Assembly: GCA_008632985.1 (NCBI GenBank)
Contig: QPGO01000017.1
Location: 496,001 to 560,000 of the forward strand
Length of the DNA: 64,000 nucleotides
DNA from: Psammoneis japonica
Lineage: Eukaryota
Direction of reading: 5' to 3'
The notes under the pieces are model-generated. The model was given only the letters and a program-made list of their open reading frames with translations, made no database searches and was not told the origin of the DNA. The translations under genes and the position numbers were made by a program. Each line of letters opens with the position of its first letter. The first letter of the stretch is position 1. Positions 12,445 to 27,526 of the stretch are shown here, in pieces.

Positions 12445-13131
12445 CTACTTCGAGTTCAGAGGCATTGCTGTCTTCGTCGCCACATATAAATGTACACTTC
12501 CAAAGCAACCAATCTCATCATTTGTGAAATCAAATCCAAATTCCTCAAACAGTTCATCCATATCTCGAATAATGTCGCCAGCTGCCTCACACATCTTCGT
12601 CAGTCGCATGCCGACGCAGTTCCTGCTGAGTGGGTAGTTCACATCTACCATAATCAGACGCCCTTTCATCTTCAAGACGCGCCTCAGTTCTGACATTGCT
12701 CTTTGACTGTCGGGATACCCGGTGAATGCCATTGTGATGACAACGCTATCAAAGTATCCATCTGGGTAAGGCAAATCTTCCACTTTGCCGCGGACAAGCT
12801 TCACGTTGTCGCTACAAATGCCACTTTGTTGAAGATTGCGTTTTGCAATGGAGAGAAGTTTCTCATTCCATTCGACTCCATGTGTCTCATATTTATCAGC
12901 ATACTGTGTAAGAAGATAACCCGTTCCAAACGATACCTCCAGAACACGTGGACCTTCAATGTACGGAAGAACTGCACGGAGCCAATTCTTCCACAAGGGG
13001 CAGATTTTTACACAGCCATCATAGGTTCCAGCAGTTTTTGTGTATGTTGCATTGAACCGATCCGTGAAAGCGGCTTTGTCTACTGGTTCCTCGGAATAAA
13101 CAATGTCGCCGCGAGATTCCTTGTTTCCCAT
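12445..13131 (-). CDS. Class I SAM-dependent methyltransferase (Methyltransf_11/UbiE-like)
   Basis: VLEVSFGTG (motif I), GKVEDLPYPDGYFDSVV, ELRRVLKMKGRLIMVD; likely start MGNKESRG. Confidence 0.88.
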   Translation of the reverse strand: MGNKESRGDIVYSEEPVDKAAFTDRFNATYTKTAGTYDGCVKICPLWKNWLRAVLPYIEGPRVLEVSFGTGYLLTQYADKYETHGVEWNEKLLSIAKRNLQQSGICSDNVKLVRGKVEDLPYPDGYFDSVVITMAFTGYPDSQRAMSELRRVLKMKGRLIMVDVNYPLSRNCVGMRLTKMCEAAGDIIRDMDELFEEFGFDFTNDEIGCFGSVHLYVATKTAMPLNSK

Positions 13132-16100
13132 CTTGTGTGCAGAGTAGAAAGCAGTGAGTGCCGTTGTCACGTGACTGTTATTGCACGCGAAAAATGTGGA
13201 GTTCGCATCCGTTCCTGATTCGTGACAACGCGGGGGAGTGGGCCGAATGCGTTTCGAAACTCCATGAAACTGATTGTTCAGCGACAAACGCTCTAGCTAG
13301 AGAACGGATACAATGCCTCAAGCTAAATGTTGATGATGTCCCATAAAACATAGCGTCGTCCTTCGTTCTGATTTCAAGATTGACGAAATGACCACTTGGT
13401 CGGACGGGTCGGCGGGAATCTTTTTCGCGCCTTTTTTTGACACACAAGCAAGAAAAAGGCGCGCCCATGATGAAAACCCGTGACACGGGCTTCATTCGAC
13501 GGGAGGAATGCCGTAAACAGGCGTCAGATGCCAGTTTCCCAACGTTTTTCTGGTAAAAAAAATTGTAGGAACTGTGTGCAATTTCAAAAAAAAAGAGATG
13601 AGGTTGGATCGAAAAATGTGCTACACTTCGAGCACGTGTTTCAGCTGAAAGCTGAAAGCCCCATCAATGCAATGGCATGCCACCAGATGAACGAGTGCCA
13701 TTGGATGCACCACTGCACAACACTTGTGTGCTGCAGTTTTACTCCAATTGCTGTGCACCACTTGTCTGGATTTGGATTGTTCACTGTGACCAGCGCAGCT
13801 CTTCTTGATGGCTGAAAAAGATGTGTTCGACCGATTCATTTGTCTCGCTCCAGACCGATTGGTGCTTTCCCTTCCCTGATGGTGGCTGGCCTTTTGCAAG
13901 ACAACATCACAATTTTAAATTCAAATTGTGCCATGTCAGAATTGTTGCAAAATTCAAAAATGCACAAGGCTCAAGAAGGCTCTTGCTTGCAGCCATGACA
14001 ACAGCGCACCTTGTTTTGCTCGGATGCCAGCTGCCTGCAGGCCTGTTCCAGCCCCAGGTGATCCGCAGTCCATCAAGCAAGATTTTCTGCACAGTTTTTT
14101 TCAGCACCAAAGAATTTTGTCTCTGCCCAGCAGAGCTTGCACTTTTTGGCTTTTGGCAATGATGATTTTTTTTTTTGATGGACCACACTTGTGATGACAG
14201 TGCATGTCTCCAACAACTGTGGCACACATTTCACCACAGGAAGAACAACATCAGTGTCAGTTTTCATTTGATGTTGTTCCAGCAATGCATTGATCAATGC
14301 CTTCATGCCATCCACATCAAAAACACCCAACACACAACATCAGCCACAATGCAGCACACCGCTGTTGCCGCTCCCCAGCTCCCTCCTCTTTGCCCTTGTG
14401 GTTGCATGGAACCGTCTGTTCCTTTCATTTGAAAGACATGCCATTGTTGCCACAGTGCAATTGCAGCTCCATGCAGTTGCTGTTGTCATGGGTGACACTG
14501 TCTTTTCACAATCTCTTTTTTGGAATTTGGCAAGTTGATTTTGCGTGTTGTTGTTCACGTGAGACACCGCGCTCATGATTTTTCTGGTTGATTCTCACGT
14601 CTCATTTTTTGTTTGTTTTGCAGAGCCAATGGTTTCCAAGTGACAGTTGCCACCATCTTGAACTTGTTTTTGCTTGTTTGCACTGTGATGTGTGCCATTT
14701 GGTGCTGTCAAGCATCTGGAGCTGCCTTGGCGGCTGCCTCTGTTTGTCCACATTGCTTTCATGGTGACTGACTTTGCCCCCTCTCTGGAGTGCATTTGCC
14801 ACACAAGTGGAAATGCAGCTTGTTGCTGTTTGGAGCTGCCAAGCATCTGGAACTGCCCAAGAGGCTGCCTCTGTTCATGCATCTGCATCACTTCTACAGC
14901 AACTGACATTGGCCCCCTCTCTGGAGTGCATTTGTCACGCAAACAGAAGGTTGGGGACAGTGCAATTGCAGTGGACAAGTCAGCCAAAGCAGCCACTGAG
15001 AAAGATCTGGGACTGGCAGATTCTTCTGTTGGTGGCAGTGCCCCTCAAGCAAACAACTCTTTAAGCCAGTTGAACATGTTCTTTTGCATCAAGAGTTTTG
15101 TTGACTCTCTGGAGGCACATTGCCCACTGGCATGTCATTCCAAAACTTGGTGCACTCAACCTGTCCAAGCTTTGTTTGATCCCCAGACATGCCCACAAGG
15201 TCTTGCAGATTTTTGTGCCTTTGCAAACATGGAAGATCACAAAACCCAGAAGGCCTGCCCTCACCTTCTTCATCACAGGAATGGCATCGATGGGCACAAC
15301 AGTGCCAAAACACGAGCCCTGTTCCACAACACTGTTGCCAACTGGTTTTGTCAAGAATTTGGCAGAGAAAATCTGCCACAAACAAAAGCATTTCTCAAGG
15401 AGAAGCACAACAACATGTTGATGTTGGTTGCAGTGCCATCAGGAATGCTGATCAGCAATGCCACAAAGGAGCACAGTGCTGCTGTTTTGATGTGCTGGGT
15501 CAACAAAGGAATCAGTGTGCTTGTTGATTAGCTGCATCCATGTGAAAGACTCTGAGGTTGTGAATGTTCAGATGGGTGATGAGAGAGGTGACAAGAGAGA
15601 GATGATTGCACAGCCCAACTGCAGTGTTTGTTCTCTTTTTGTTGGACTTGTTCAAGCCATTCCCTTTGCCTGTGACAAGAAGTGTGAGGCATGTCTGCAC
15701 TGTCAGAAGTTGATGATGCCTTGTTGCATGGGAGTGATGGGTTTTGAGGACATTGCAGATGAGAAGTCTGAACATTCAAACTTGGCAGAGGTTTGCAAGC
15801 ACTGGGAGTGGGACAAGCTCATGAAAAATTTCAGAGACCACACTGTTGTGCTGTGTGCAAGGAAGATGGTTGCTCCAATGAGCTCTGCACTTGTTTTGAC
15901 ATTGCCTTGTTCCAGCCCAGAGCATGTCCACCTTGCTGATGAGATGTGGTGCAAAGACAAAAAGCATTGGGAGGAACAACCTGATCATTCCAGGCCCTGC
16001 GAAGCACAAAAAATTTGCAATGACAGTGTGGTCAAAATTGATTGCCCAGAAAGGTGCAACCCTGAAATGTTGACCAAAGATCTAAAGAAGACTGCATGGC

Positions 16101-19100
16101 CCCCTTTTGGCAAGATCGTGCATCACAGTTGGTGGCAAATTAAATGCACATCACGTTTTGTTGTGAAACAACTTGCTCCATCATATCTGCAAAAACTGGC
16201 TGTCATGTGAAACACACAACTGTCAGGTGGACAAAAAGTGGCAGCATTGCAAACCACCTGCCCAATGTAAAAAGTTGAAGAAGGCCCATTTTGACAACAA
16301 CAGTGATCATGTTTTTCATGATGTGCACAGCACAAGGGACGATCATGAACAACCAGACAATGACATGGAGAATGATCCCCTGCAATGCCAAATTTCCTGC
16401 CGATGCATGACACAAAGTGCTCATGTGTTGCAGTGGCTGTCATGGTTGCCAGAAGAATTTCCTGCTTGGCCCATGCAACCCCCAAGAGACAATGCCATCC
16501 AAGGCATTGTTTGACATTGTTGCAGGTTGGTGGTGCAACCATGCTTTGCAGGTTCTCATGACTGACAGGGACAGTCAGATTTTTTCCAGCTGTTGGTGCC
16601 TGCCGGATCAGCTGGACAAGTGTTTTCCGCCACAGCATTGCTCCAACTTGGCAAAGGCTGTCACTGACAACAAACACATGTTGCAAGTTCACTTCCCCAA
16701 TGGCCCAAGAAAGAAGGATCATTTCAAGGAGCCGCTGACTCACCTTGCTGATTGGTGCATGGTGGCTCCCCAACTGCAATGGCATTTGTTTTGCAGAAGA
16801 GTGTGTCTCCATTGTTGCTTGTTGACTCATGCTAAAATGGTTGAGGAAATGCTTGAGACAGAGGAGGATGAAATGCAAGAGGCAGACAAAGGAACAAAAT
16901 GAGATGAAATGCAAGAGCAGATGAGGGAACAAAAAGGTTGCAACTGCAAAATGACAACAAAGAGGAGGAGGATCAAGGGCAAGGCATGGATGAATCAACA
17001 GAGGAAGAGGAGGAAGACAAAGAGGAAGAGCAGGAGCAGGGGGGGGACTTGAAGGATGCAGAAGACTTGGCAGTCAGAGACATAAAGGCAGAGAAGAAGG
17101 AGAGGGTGGGAGACATGTGTTGCAAATGCCAGATGGAGCTCATGAAAGCTCCATGACTGGAGTGGAAAATGACAATGATCTCATTGACCTTTGCAGCTCA
17201 AAGCCAAAACCAAGAGCACCTGTGTTTTGTTGGTTGAGCAAAGACAAGCACCACCAACAAGAAAGGGAGATGACTGAGCAAATGCACAATGATGCTCAAG
17301 TCATGTTGTTGCGGGTTGAAAAATTTGTTTGGATTGATCCCAGTTCATGGAGCAGGAATCTGCTGTGGCCTGGCCATTCTGCTGTTCCTCACTTGTTTGG
17401 TTGCTTTGCTGAACAGAACAAGGGAATCATGTTGTGTGAAGAATGGTTTGACCACATGGCCAATGCATTGAATGGCCATCCCATGGAAACATGTGCGGGC
17501 CTTGTTGAATGTGCTAAACACAAACCCAATGTTGCCCAGAAATTGAACTGAAGATGCATCAAGGAGACTGAGCACAAGGTGGGCACAATTTGCAATGCAC
17601 CACAGATTGGAAGACTTGAGAGATTGAGTCAGGAGTAAATGCAAAAACTTCCATGTCTTGTGTGGGGTGCTGATTTTGTTGGTTGCACCCTGCAGGGCAA
17701 CCGTCCAATGCACGTGACCCTTGATTGGGCTGAGTGCAACTTCAAGTTGCAGCTTCCAGATGTTTGCAAAGATTTGAAAGATTGGAAGCCAGAGGAGGGT
17801 TTTTTTGTTTCTTGCCAGAAGGAAATGTGTTGATGTCATTGGATGCCAACTTGCCGGCAAGCAGTCTGCCTGTGAAATTCTTGCAAGGACACAAAGACAG
17901 TTGCTTGTTTTTGTCCCCAGTCAATGTTCTTCATGTTGGCAACCTGGAAATGAGAGATCACATTGCACCTCACATTGGAGCCTCCGCTGATCATGCCACC
18001 ATTTGGAAAAGCAATCATGTGCAAGCAAGACTGACAGCAGTGCAATTGTTGATGCCACTTCATTGTCAAATGCAGCCAAGAGCACATTTGAAGCAAGCTT
18101 GTTCAAGAGGCAAGAAATTTTGTGAAAGAGGAGTTTGCATCAACAGTGGCTGCCACTCACAAGTCAGTGTGCTCTGTTTGTTTGAGTGTCAAAGTTAAAT
18201 CTTGCAGCGCCATTTGCACACCTCCATTGCAAGCAATCCATCTCATTCCATGAAGTGATTGAGAGCTGCAGCACCAACAGTTCCAAGCATCAAGGATGAC
18301 TCATTCTAAGCCCTCACACATTTGAAGCAGCTCACCATGGATTTCAAAGGGGCAAGAGAAACAACAAAATCAGCACCACAACATTCCAGCAAGATGAAGG
18401 CTGCACAAGCTTTGGTGCTGAACATGCTGATGATGTTGAAGTGATTCCAAACATCCCCCCACCCCCAGCAGAAGGGAAGATGTGCCCCACCTCCACAGCA
18501 TGCCAGTTGTTCAGTGAGCACAAGCACAAGGCAAGAAAAAGAGGAGAGAGCTCTTTGAACATTGGTTGTGGAGCAGACATGTTCAAGAGATGTCAAGGCA
18601 GAACTGGTGCAAAATTGTGAAGAAGCATTCTGAGGGCAAGAACACAAGGGAATGGGATGGCAATGGCAGGAAAAAAAAGGACAAAGGCCCCTTGTAGAAG
18701 CACAGCTGATTTTGTTGACTTTGTTGATGGATTCAGACAAGGTGCTGCAATGGGGAACAAAAAAAATTCAGGAAATGCAAATGAGGACACAAGCTGACAG
18801 AGACTCAAAAAAAGGGTGCCACAATCTCAGAATTTTGAAAGCAACCTCCAAGATGACCAACAACTGCAAAACACTGGCAGCTTGCATCGTCCCAACCACC
18901 CTTGCACAACAAGCTGTTGTCAAGTTGGAGGTCTGCAAGGTGACTGAAAAATCCCTTTGAAGCTCAGCTGCTTTCTTGATGGTTGCCACTGCTGCCATGT
19001 TTGAAATTGACAAGCTCTAGACTGGTCACTCACAAGTTGCCAAGCCAACTCAAGGGACACAACAAACCTTTGAATGTGTTGTTGTTGGAGCTTTGAGGCT

Positions 19101-20680
19101 TGACAACTGGTGTGCCTTTAGTTTCGCCATCTTCAAACTCATTGTGTGGCTTGCAAACACACAGTTGTTGCCATTGGCCACTGTTGCTGTGCCAGGCAGG
19201 TGCAGAAGCTAAAAAGTGAGCACAAGACCCACAACTCAAACTGAGCTGCAAAAAAAAACTTGCCACAGCATTGTCCACAATTGTCCGTGCATCTTGCACT
19301 GCAACTTTGTTTGACTGTCCTGTGAAAACAGCCCCTGAACCTGGTGTTCCCACAGTCATTTCTCAATGCTGCAGCAGCCTGCCAGTTTGCCCCTTGTGCT
19401 CTCACAACATTTGCTCTGCCAACAACAGTGGCATCTGTTTTGTCTTGGGAGGTGACAGAGCAATGGCGCAGCTGGAGCAGGATGGCAAAAACACAAGCAT
19501 TTAATCAAAGAGAGCAAGCAGTGCAGCAAGAGCTCTCTGGCTGCACAAGCTGTGGGTCTGATTTACCCAGACCACAACAGTGGATGGCACCATGACATCT
19601 CTGCACATCTCCATTCTCAGACTGAATGATCAAGAGTTGCCCAAGGAAACCTGTCCAAGGGGCATTTCAGTTGTTTGGCTGCAGCCATTGGAGGGTCCAA
19701 CCCCCAAGCAACACCTCAGCAGTTGGGAGGAGGCACCAAGACAACAAACTTTAAAAATTGCTGTGACACCATTTGCCATCCACATCAAGTCAAGCATGAT
19801 TTGTCAGAGGGAACGCCAGTGCCAGAAGATGAAAATGCTTTCGGGTGGCAACATGGCAGCAGTCCTCAGCTGAAGGCCATCGCAACTGAAGAGTCAATGC
19901 AGAAAAATGAGAAGACAAACCTTGCTGCAAACAAGCACTCTGCAAGCCGAAGCATGACTGAACAGTGTGCTGACCTCATGAGGGTTTTTGCTCTCACACA
20001 TGCAGCTGGAATGCAAGAAACTTGCTGCCAAAGAGCTGCCCAACATTGGCCACAAGAAAAATGTGTTCATCATGATGTCTCTTCCATGAGTTGCAGGCAT
20101 CCGTCCAAGTCAATCCACCCAAAGACAAGCTCAATTCTGTGATGGATCTGATCATCTGTGCCCTGGAAATCCAAACCATGTCTGTTGCTCCTGCTCCTGG
20201 TTGTGTTTGTGATGGATCCATTGCCACCTGACTGAGAAATGCTCAAATGGCCAGACTTCAACATGGCTCTTGTGACACTTTAGTGCAAAATCACAGAGCA
20301 AGAAATTGAGCAAAAATCAAGAAGTCCTTCAGTGCAGTTGGGAGCTTTTGTCTGTGTGCATCACTTTGTTGCAGGCAACAAACCAAGGAATGCTGAACAA
20401 AATGGTGCAAAACTCAAGAATGTGAACAAAGGCACGCTGCAATGGCGGAGATGGGAGAGGACAATCTTTTGACATGCACCAAGTTGTTGCTCAATGATTC
20501 TCTCATGTCAAGAGAAAAGATGAACAGAGCAACATCAACTCCACTCCATCTGCCGTTCTTGATGTGACTCTTGCACCAATGAATCAGGAGCCCTGGTGGA
20601 AACACAGCCAAAGGTGATGACCTGTCAGGGGACAACAGCTGAACATCCTCCCCATCAAAGAAGTGATGTTTCCATCCAAA

Positions 20681-20840
20681 TTGCAGACTGCCGGCATCAG
20701 GGACAATCTAACAGACATCCAGGACAGATGACAATCATGCACCAGATGAGAAAGAAAGTGAGATCATTGGATCTCTCAATGCTGTCTGTGCCAGTCTGTC
20801 CAACACAGGGGAGTGTGCTCCCCATCTTGGATGTCTGTCA
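20681..20840 (-). repeat. 3' LTR of Copia #1
   Basis: Aligns with 27527-27696; adjacent polypurine tract on minus strand. Confidence 0.88.
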
Positions 20841-23800
20841 CCCTCCCCTGATGAGCAATGCAACAGTCATCAAGAAAGAAAGAAAACATCCAAAAAGAAA
20901 AAGGACCAGAACAGCAGAACAAAGTGAGGACCAAAAAAATGCCCAAGACTTGATCTGCAAACACAGCAACAATCAACAGCAGTGTCCCATCAAGCGGTGG
21001 GCATGGCGGGAATGAAACATCCAACCCACAGCCTTGGTCAGTGCATCGGCAGGGTCAATGACACCCGGAATGTGTCAAGTGACAATTTTGCCTGCCTCGC
21101 ACCAGTCTTGGATCACAAAATGTTGAGTGTCAATGTGGTGGGAATGCTCCACAGGCACCTTGTCATTGATCATCTGGGTGGCAGAAGAGCTGTCAATGTG
21201 CAAGGGAGTGGGACTGCATTGAGGAAAACCAAGCTCTTTGAGTGCCATCCTAAGATGCAAAGTTTGCTTGGCACCAGCAACAGCTGCAAGAAATTCAGCT
21301 TTTGCAGAACTGGTGGCTGCAATTGTCTGGGTTTGACAATGGCAATCAATCACAGCACCAGCAAGAACATGTGTGCATCCAGCAGCAGAACACTGGCACC
21401 AAAGTTCATTGGCATGGGCCACATCAACAAAGTCAAGAAGTTGGAAATGGCTGTCAGCACAAGGAAAATCAGGAAGAGTTGGATCTGATTCCAGCAACTC
21501 AAAAGTGCAAGGAGGAAGACCTGGATCACATTTTGTCTTCTTGTGTGTCAAGCCCCAATGCTTGGTGCAGTGCAAGCACTTGGCCATGCACTGGAGTGAA
21601 GTACAATGACTCTTATGGGGAGCCTTGGAAAACTTCAACAGAGTCACAACAAGACAGCCAACATCCAATCAACAACACGTGCAGGCAAAAATAAATTCAC
21701 CCAGAACAGACCAACAGGACAAGCCTTGAGATTCTGCCAGTGCGTCATGTTCTGGGGCACCTTCACTGGGGCCTTCAGCAGTGTGCAACTCTGCAATGCT
21801 TTCAACTGGAATGGGTGCAGCCTTGAAGTCACTGTCAGATTCATCAGCAGCAGGTGCATCCCATCCATGAGTTTTGAAGACTCAGTCTAAGTAACTCGCA
21901 CAGTTGATTGTGACAGAATCATCACTCTGGATCACATCAGTGCAATTGAACTCTACAACCAAGCCAAGGTGCTTGAAGGGGGGGGATTCCTCATTCTCCA
22001 TCTGAAGTTCCTTGCCAACATGATCATAGATTGCTTTGGCAATGTCCTCCAAAGGACAAGCAAGGGCAAAATCATTGACCTGATGGAGGAGCAGCACCTT
22101 GGCACCATTGCACGTGCCAGAGCAGATGCACTTGTCATGAGTGGCATTACGGAAAAGAAGCTTTGCATCCATTGGGATTGAATTGACGCACTTCTCCCAC
22201 AGGACGCCTGCTTCAGGATGACCTTGGGGAGCACACTTGAGAGGAAGAACACAGTGACGTGGGACCTTCTTCCCAAAGCGTTCCTCATGCCATGCAGCCC
22301 ATGCATCATCAACAGCAGCACAGACTGGTGTGCAGATGGACCAGGGGAGTGAGCATGGGCATCACGGGCATTGCCGCCAAAAATCCAACAGAACAAGGCA
22401 GCACCAAGTGCAAAAAACATCTTTTCAACAGACCGATCAACACAAGACAAGTGCGTGGAGGTCAGCTCATGTAAAGCCGGCAGAGCAGACTTGGGACCAT
22501 TTCAACACTGCCTTGAACGTCATTGACCATCAGGTTTCACCACACAATCCCAGTGCGGATGCACAACAGCAGCACCTGGAGGTTGTGGTTGCAGAGGACC
22601 ATGCATGCCAAGTGCAAAAAATTGATCTGGCTGTCGGTGTTCACCTTCTTCCCATTCATGCCATGCGCCCAATTTCCAAAGCTTGGATCAGGCAAGTTGA
22701 TCAAGAGCAGCTTCCTCAGGGGTGAGAGAGCAGGAGCCAATGGCATTGAGATGTGCATGAAAGACTTCCGTCGGGATGGACTCTTCCAAAAAATCACACA
22801 TCTTCAAGGGTGAGTTCTGGCACATGTGAATCATCCTCCATGGAATCAGGGTCAAATGGCTCCGCTTCCTCAAATGCTTCATTGAGAGTGTGTGAGTCCA
22901 AACGTCTTTCCAGAGCAAAGGCAATCTCAAAAGTTGATGTGTCATTGTGAAAGACATGTGACAGTGCAGCTTCAGCATCCTTTGGTGTAAACACCTCATG
23001 CTTGTTGATGGAGACAACACAGGCACCCACAAGCTTGTTGCGAGTGGCACAAAGTGAGGAGAACAAAGAAGCTGCAGGACCACGGTGCCTGATCTTGGAT
23101 GCACAGACGCAATCCATCAAAGCACACTGAGAGAAACCAAATCCACAAGCAGGTTCTGTGGGAGGATGTTTCATGGTGCAAGCAACAGTCTTGGCAAAAG
23201 GATTTGATGATGAGGTTAACATGGGAATGGTTGTTTCCTGTGTTTCAGCCAGAAGAAATGGCTGACCATTTTCCACTTGTTGCAAATGGGTGGCATTCGG
23301 AGGGAGTTGATCTGACAACAAGTCATTCATGCCCTCATCACACTGGATGTGCTTGGCTGTTTTTACTTTGTCAGTTGCAGGATCCCACCAAAGGACATTC
23401 TTCAAGGTGTTCGGCAGATGACCAAGGAATGCACCTTTCTTGGAGTTTGTCTTGAATGTGGTGGAGTGAGCAGAAGATTGCTTGGCCCATGCTTGGCATC
23501 CAAAAGTCTTGAGAGCAGCAAAGTCCTCAATCTTCCCAGCAGCAAGGGTGATGGGGGATGCATCTTGATCTTTTGCAGGAGCAGCATTCTTGATGCAGAG
23601 GCAATGGTAAAAAGCACAAGGCCAGAATCGAGTCGGGAGATTGGCGCAAATTAAAATTGCATGAATTGCGTTCTCAACAATCAAATGTGAGCGTTCCACA
23701 GGGCCACATTGGTTGGACGCACCAGCACCAGAAGGACACATGTCATGCTGGAATTCTTGGTCAAAGAGGTTGTGCACTTTGGGCTTTTTGTACAATTCTC

Positions 23801-26800
23801 CACCTTGATCCACAAATGCATGTTTGTCATGACAATTTGGCAAGTGTTGATCCAGGAATTGGCAAAGCCACTTGAGAGGACTGGCTTTGGAGACTCGTGC
23901 AACACCATGGAGCATGCGTGTTTTGTTGTCATGCACAGTGATCCAACACGTTTCACCATTAAAACCAAGACAGTCAGACTTGCGGTCATCGTTCTTGGAA
24001 GCCTGACCAGCAAAAGTAAAGTCCACAGCAAGGCCTTGGCATTGTTGGGTCACCTTTCAGGTCATGTCAGGTCCTGCAGGCATCTTGACTTGCTTGGCCT
24101 GAACACACGTTGGACAAACATCAAGGGCTGGGTTGGCATGCCTGAACTTGGGGACCCCTTTGACATGCTTGTGAGCATTGCACAAGCAATGATTGCTGGG
24201 ATGTCCAAGACGGTGGTGCCAGCGGAGGAGACATTCAGTCTCAACTTTGAGAGAGCAGACCAGAATGGGAGCAGGCAACAGCGGCAAGACTTGTGGGACA
24301 AAATTGAATTGCATGGAGAACAACTCAGCATCTGCCAAGAGAGGTTCTGTTGGAGCTTGTTGAACATTGATGCAGAAGACGGCACACAGGCATGCATCAT
24401 CAATGTTGTCAACTGAGGTTGAGCCAGGCATTGACGGTGCTTGACAGGTGGCAGTCTCAGACAGAGGAATTAGAGGAAGTGTAAAAACCTTTCCATGTCA
24501 GAGAATGACATGGACAACAACCTCTTGGGCATCAGTTGAAGCGGCACACATGCAAGCGCCATTGGCGTGGGTCTTCTTGAGGAGCTCGGAACAAATGGCC
24601 TGAGGCTTAAAACCAGAAGCCCATGCAAAATCGCGTTCATCAATCAAAGTGGACCTCAGACTTGGGTGGCAAAAGGCGCGCACAAGAAGAAAGCCATCAG
24701 CATTCTCTGCTGGTGCTTGCAAGCAACCACAGCCATGAGGAACCATGTCAGATCCTTCAGCAGGGAGCATCTTCAAAGGACAGGGATTGTCCGGTCCAAA
24801 TGGGGTGCAAGCATGAAGAAGGGTCTTGTCGCCTGCACAGGAGACCCAAGCACCAGTGTCAATTTGTGCACGGTGTGTCGTTGAGTCACGGAGAGCACAT
24901 GATTGACAGGGACAATGGGGGCACTCAAGGTTTCAAAGGTTGCAGGTGATTCCATGGGAGGAAAAATTGGAGAGATGCGCGCTGCACTCAATGGCAATGG
25001 GTGTTGACTGGTGGTCATGTCAAGGCACTCAAAGCCATGATCTTGATTGGTGGGCATGGGGACATTGGAGTCTTGTGCAGGGGATTCATGAAGAATGGGT
25101 TCCCTCCCCTGATTGATGCTGTCAGGGTCATCATCTGGAATCATCTGGACATCCAGAGTGCTGGCCTTCATCAAAGTTGAAAGAAGGTTTGCAAATGACA
25201 CATGTGAAAGAGGTTGTTCAGCGGAAGGCAACAAGTCAAGCAGATCCTCTTTCCTGGACACCCTGCTTGCATGGGTTGATTTTGGATTGGGGAGGGATGG
25301 GCGGCATTGTTTGTCCGAACGTGACAATGGCCCCAGGAAAAATCCTTCTTGGGCTTCTCAGACTTGAGTGCATCTTGAGCATGCTGATCACGTTGAAGGA
25401 ATTGGGAGAATCGGATGAGGTGGGTGCGTGGGCACTCAGCATCACTCAACACAGGGCACTCGTGGAATGAGTGACCATCACCACAGACGACACAAGGACA
25501 GGTCTGTGCTGTGGCAGGTGATGACTTAATCCTGTGGACACAAGCCTTGTAAATGCCATGCAATGCCTGCACTTCATCATCCGGAGGACCATCCACAGCA
25601 GCAAGTTCATTCACAAAGCACTCCACAGCATCCACGGGTGCTTCTGCAGGAGGGGGATTGGTTTCTGTCAGAGTCTCCTCTACAACTGAGGGTGGATCAG
25701 ATGGCTCATCTTCAGGTGGGAAGTCGAGACCTCGAACAGGAGCTGCAAGAGAAGGATTGGCCGGGTTCTGATTGTGGAGATGACGTGGAGGGTGCTTGGG
25801 AGCATTCTTGATGCAAAGAGCAGGACCATCCAGTTCCTTGAGGATTGTGCCAATGGTCTCAACAATCTTCTTCTGAGAGAACTTGTGTTGCTTGTTCTTG
25901 TCTTCTCAAGCATCCACTGTTTTACAGTGCAGACACTCTCCACAGCAGGCATTGCCAAGAAAAATGTCTGGCTCACCAGGGTCATCAAGAGAAGCATTGA
26001 CATTGGAGACAATCACCTGTGGCTGGAGGAAGTCCCTGAAGAGAGCACAGTGGCTAAGAATCGTGAGATTGTTTTGGTGTGGGCAGCTCTTGATCAATTC
26101 ACACTGACACTTTGTCCAAATTGGCAGGACATCAAAAAGGATCATCTTGATGGCAGCGCATCCATCTCCATGGCACTGGCAAACAATGTCAGGATGCTTG
26201 GAGTTGGCTGGAAAAATCCCAACCTTCTGGATGCACTGGAAGACAGTCAACTTCATCTGATCAAGTGGCACTCGCATCTGAAGTTGCAGGTCATCTGCAG
26301 GATCATTGCCACTTGTGAAGCCCCAATTTCCACCATCCTTGATAAAACACCATAGAGGGTGCATGTGTGTGCCACAAGCCGAGGCTTGTTGGGTTGCAGC
26401 AGCACACCATGCATGGATTCCTTGAGGAGAGATGTCATCACAAGTGAGGGAATCACAAAGAAAAGACTTGGGATCCCAGTCAGTGCAATGGATGAAGAGA
26501 GAACCATCAGTGAGCATGAGACGCTCTGCACCATCTTCGTGACAAAGATTTCCAGACTTGTGGGGTGCTGGTGACTTCCCCAACACTGCTTTGCCTGCAT
26601 CCTTGCATTGATGGCAAGCTGGCACATCCTTTGGAAGTCCTTTTGGATCAAAGGTGCACATGGCACTGGTTGCTGTCAAGGCAGAAGCCATGGCAGTGGC
26701 AGTCATGGCAGGAGACGGTGCAGAAGGAGCAGTCCTCGTCAATGCATTGGCCATGGCTTGCTCAAACTGTTTTGGACCAGGCAAATGAGCGGCCAAGGCT

Positions 26801-27526
26801 TTTGCAAAGTCTTCAGGAGCAGCGCCGGTGGCAGTGGCCGATGGAGTTGCAGGACTTGGGGCAGGCGTTGAGTTTGGGTGTGGAGTGTCAGAGATGTCAT
26901 CCCAACAATCACAACACTGAAAACCAGGACGAAAATGGAGACAAACAGTCCCGACATTCCGAGATTGCTTTGATCATGGTCTTCTAAAGATTGGCAAGAT
27001 TCAAGCAAATCTGAGAATCATGAGGAGCAGCCACAAAGAGAGAAGCCTTGTCTGTGAGTGGTCCAATGCACACAAGATCTTTGGGGTCAGCGCAGCTTGG
27101 GGAATGATGAGGTCCTGAACAATCTTGTGACGGAGAGTTACAAGAGCATTGCTCTTGAGGCCTTGAGGAGCAAATCCATCCAGAAGATCTTCAGGAGCAG
27201 GGATCTTGTCCAAATGAAGGGCATTCAGGAAACAGTGTGCATCGGGTGAGCGATCATGTGGGTTGAACTCAACCAGTGTTGACTTGATCATGGTCAAATC
27301 AAAACGGTGTTTTGGGTTTTGTTCACCATGGCTGCACTGGAAAAAATTAAATTCCTGCACAGAGCTCTTGCATGTGTTCTATGGTGGTCATTTGATCACA
27401 AATCGAGAGGCGAAGAAATGGCTGTGACAATGATGATTTCAACGAAGAAAAATTGCCAAACCACACGGTGGGCGTTGCGGTGAAGCAGCACAGAGGAAGA
27501 CAAACAGCGCACTGCTGCTCACAACC

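Noticed and set aside
10902..13131. The 2OG-Fe(II) oxygenase and SAM methyltransferase as the DNA-modifying machinery behind the mutator
   Set aside because: The oxygenase is PLOD/P4H-like with TM helices rather than AlkB/TET-like, and the methyltransferase lacks DNA-MTase motifs (no DPPY/NPPY or PCQ); proximity alone is not evidence
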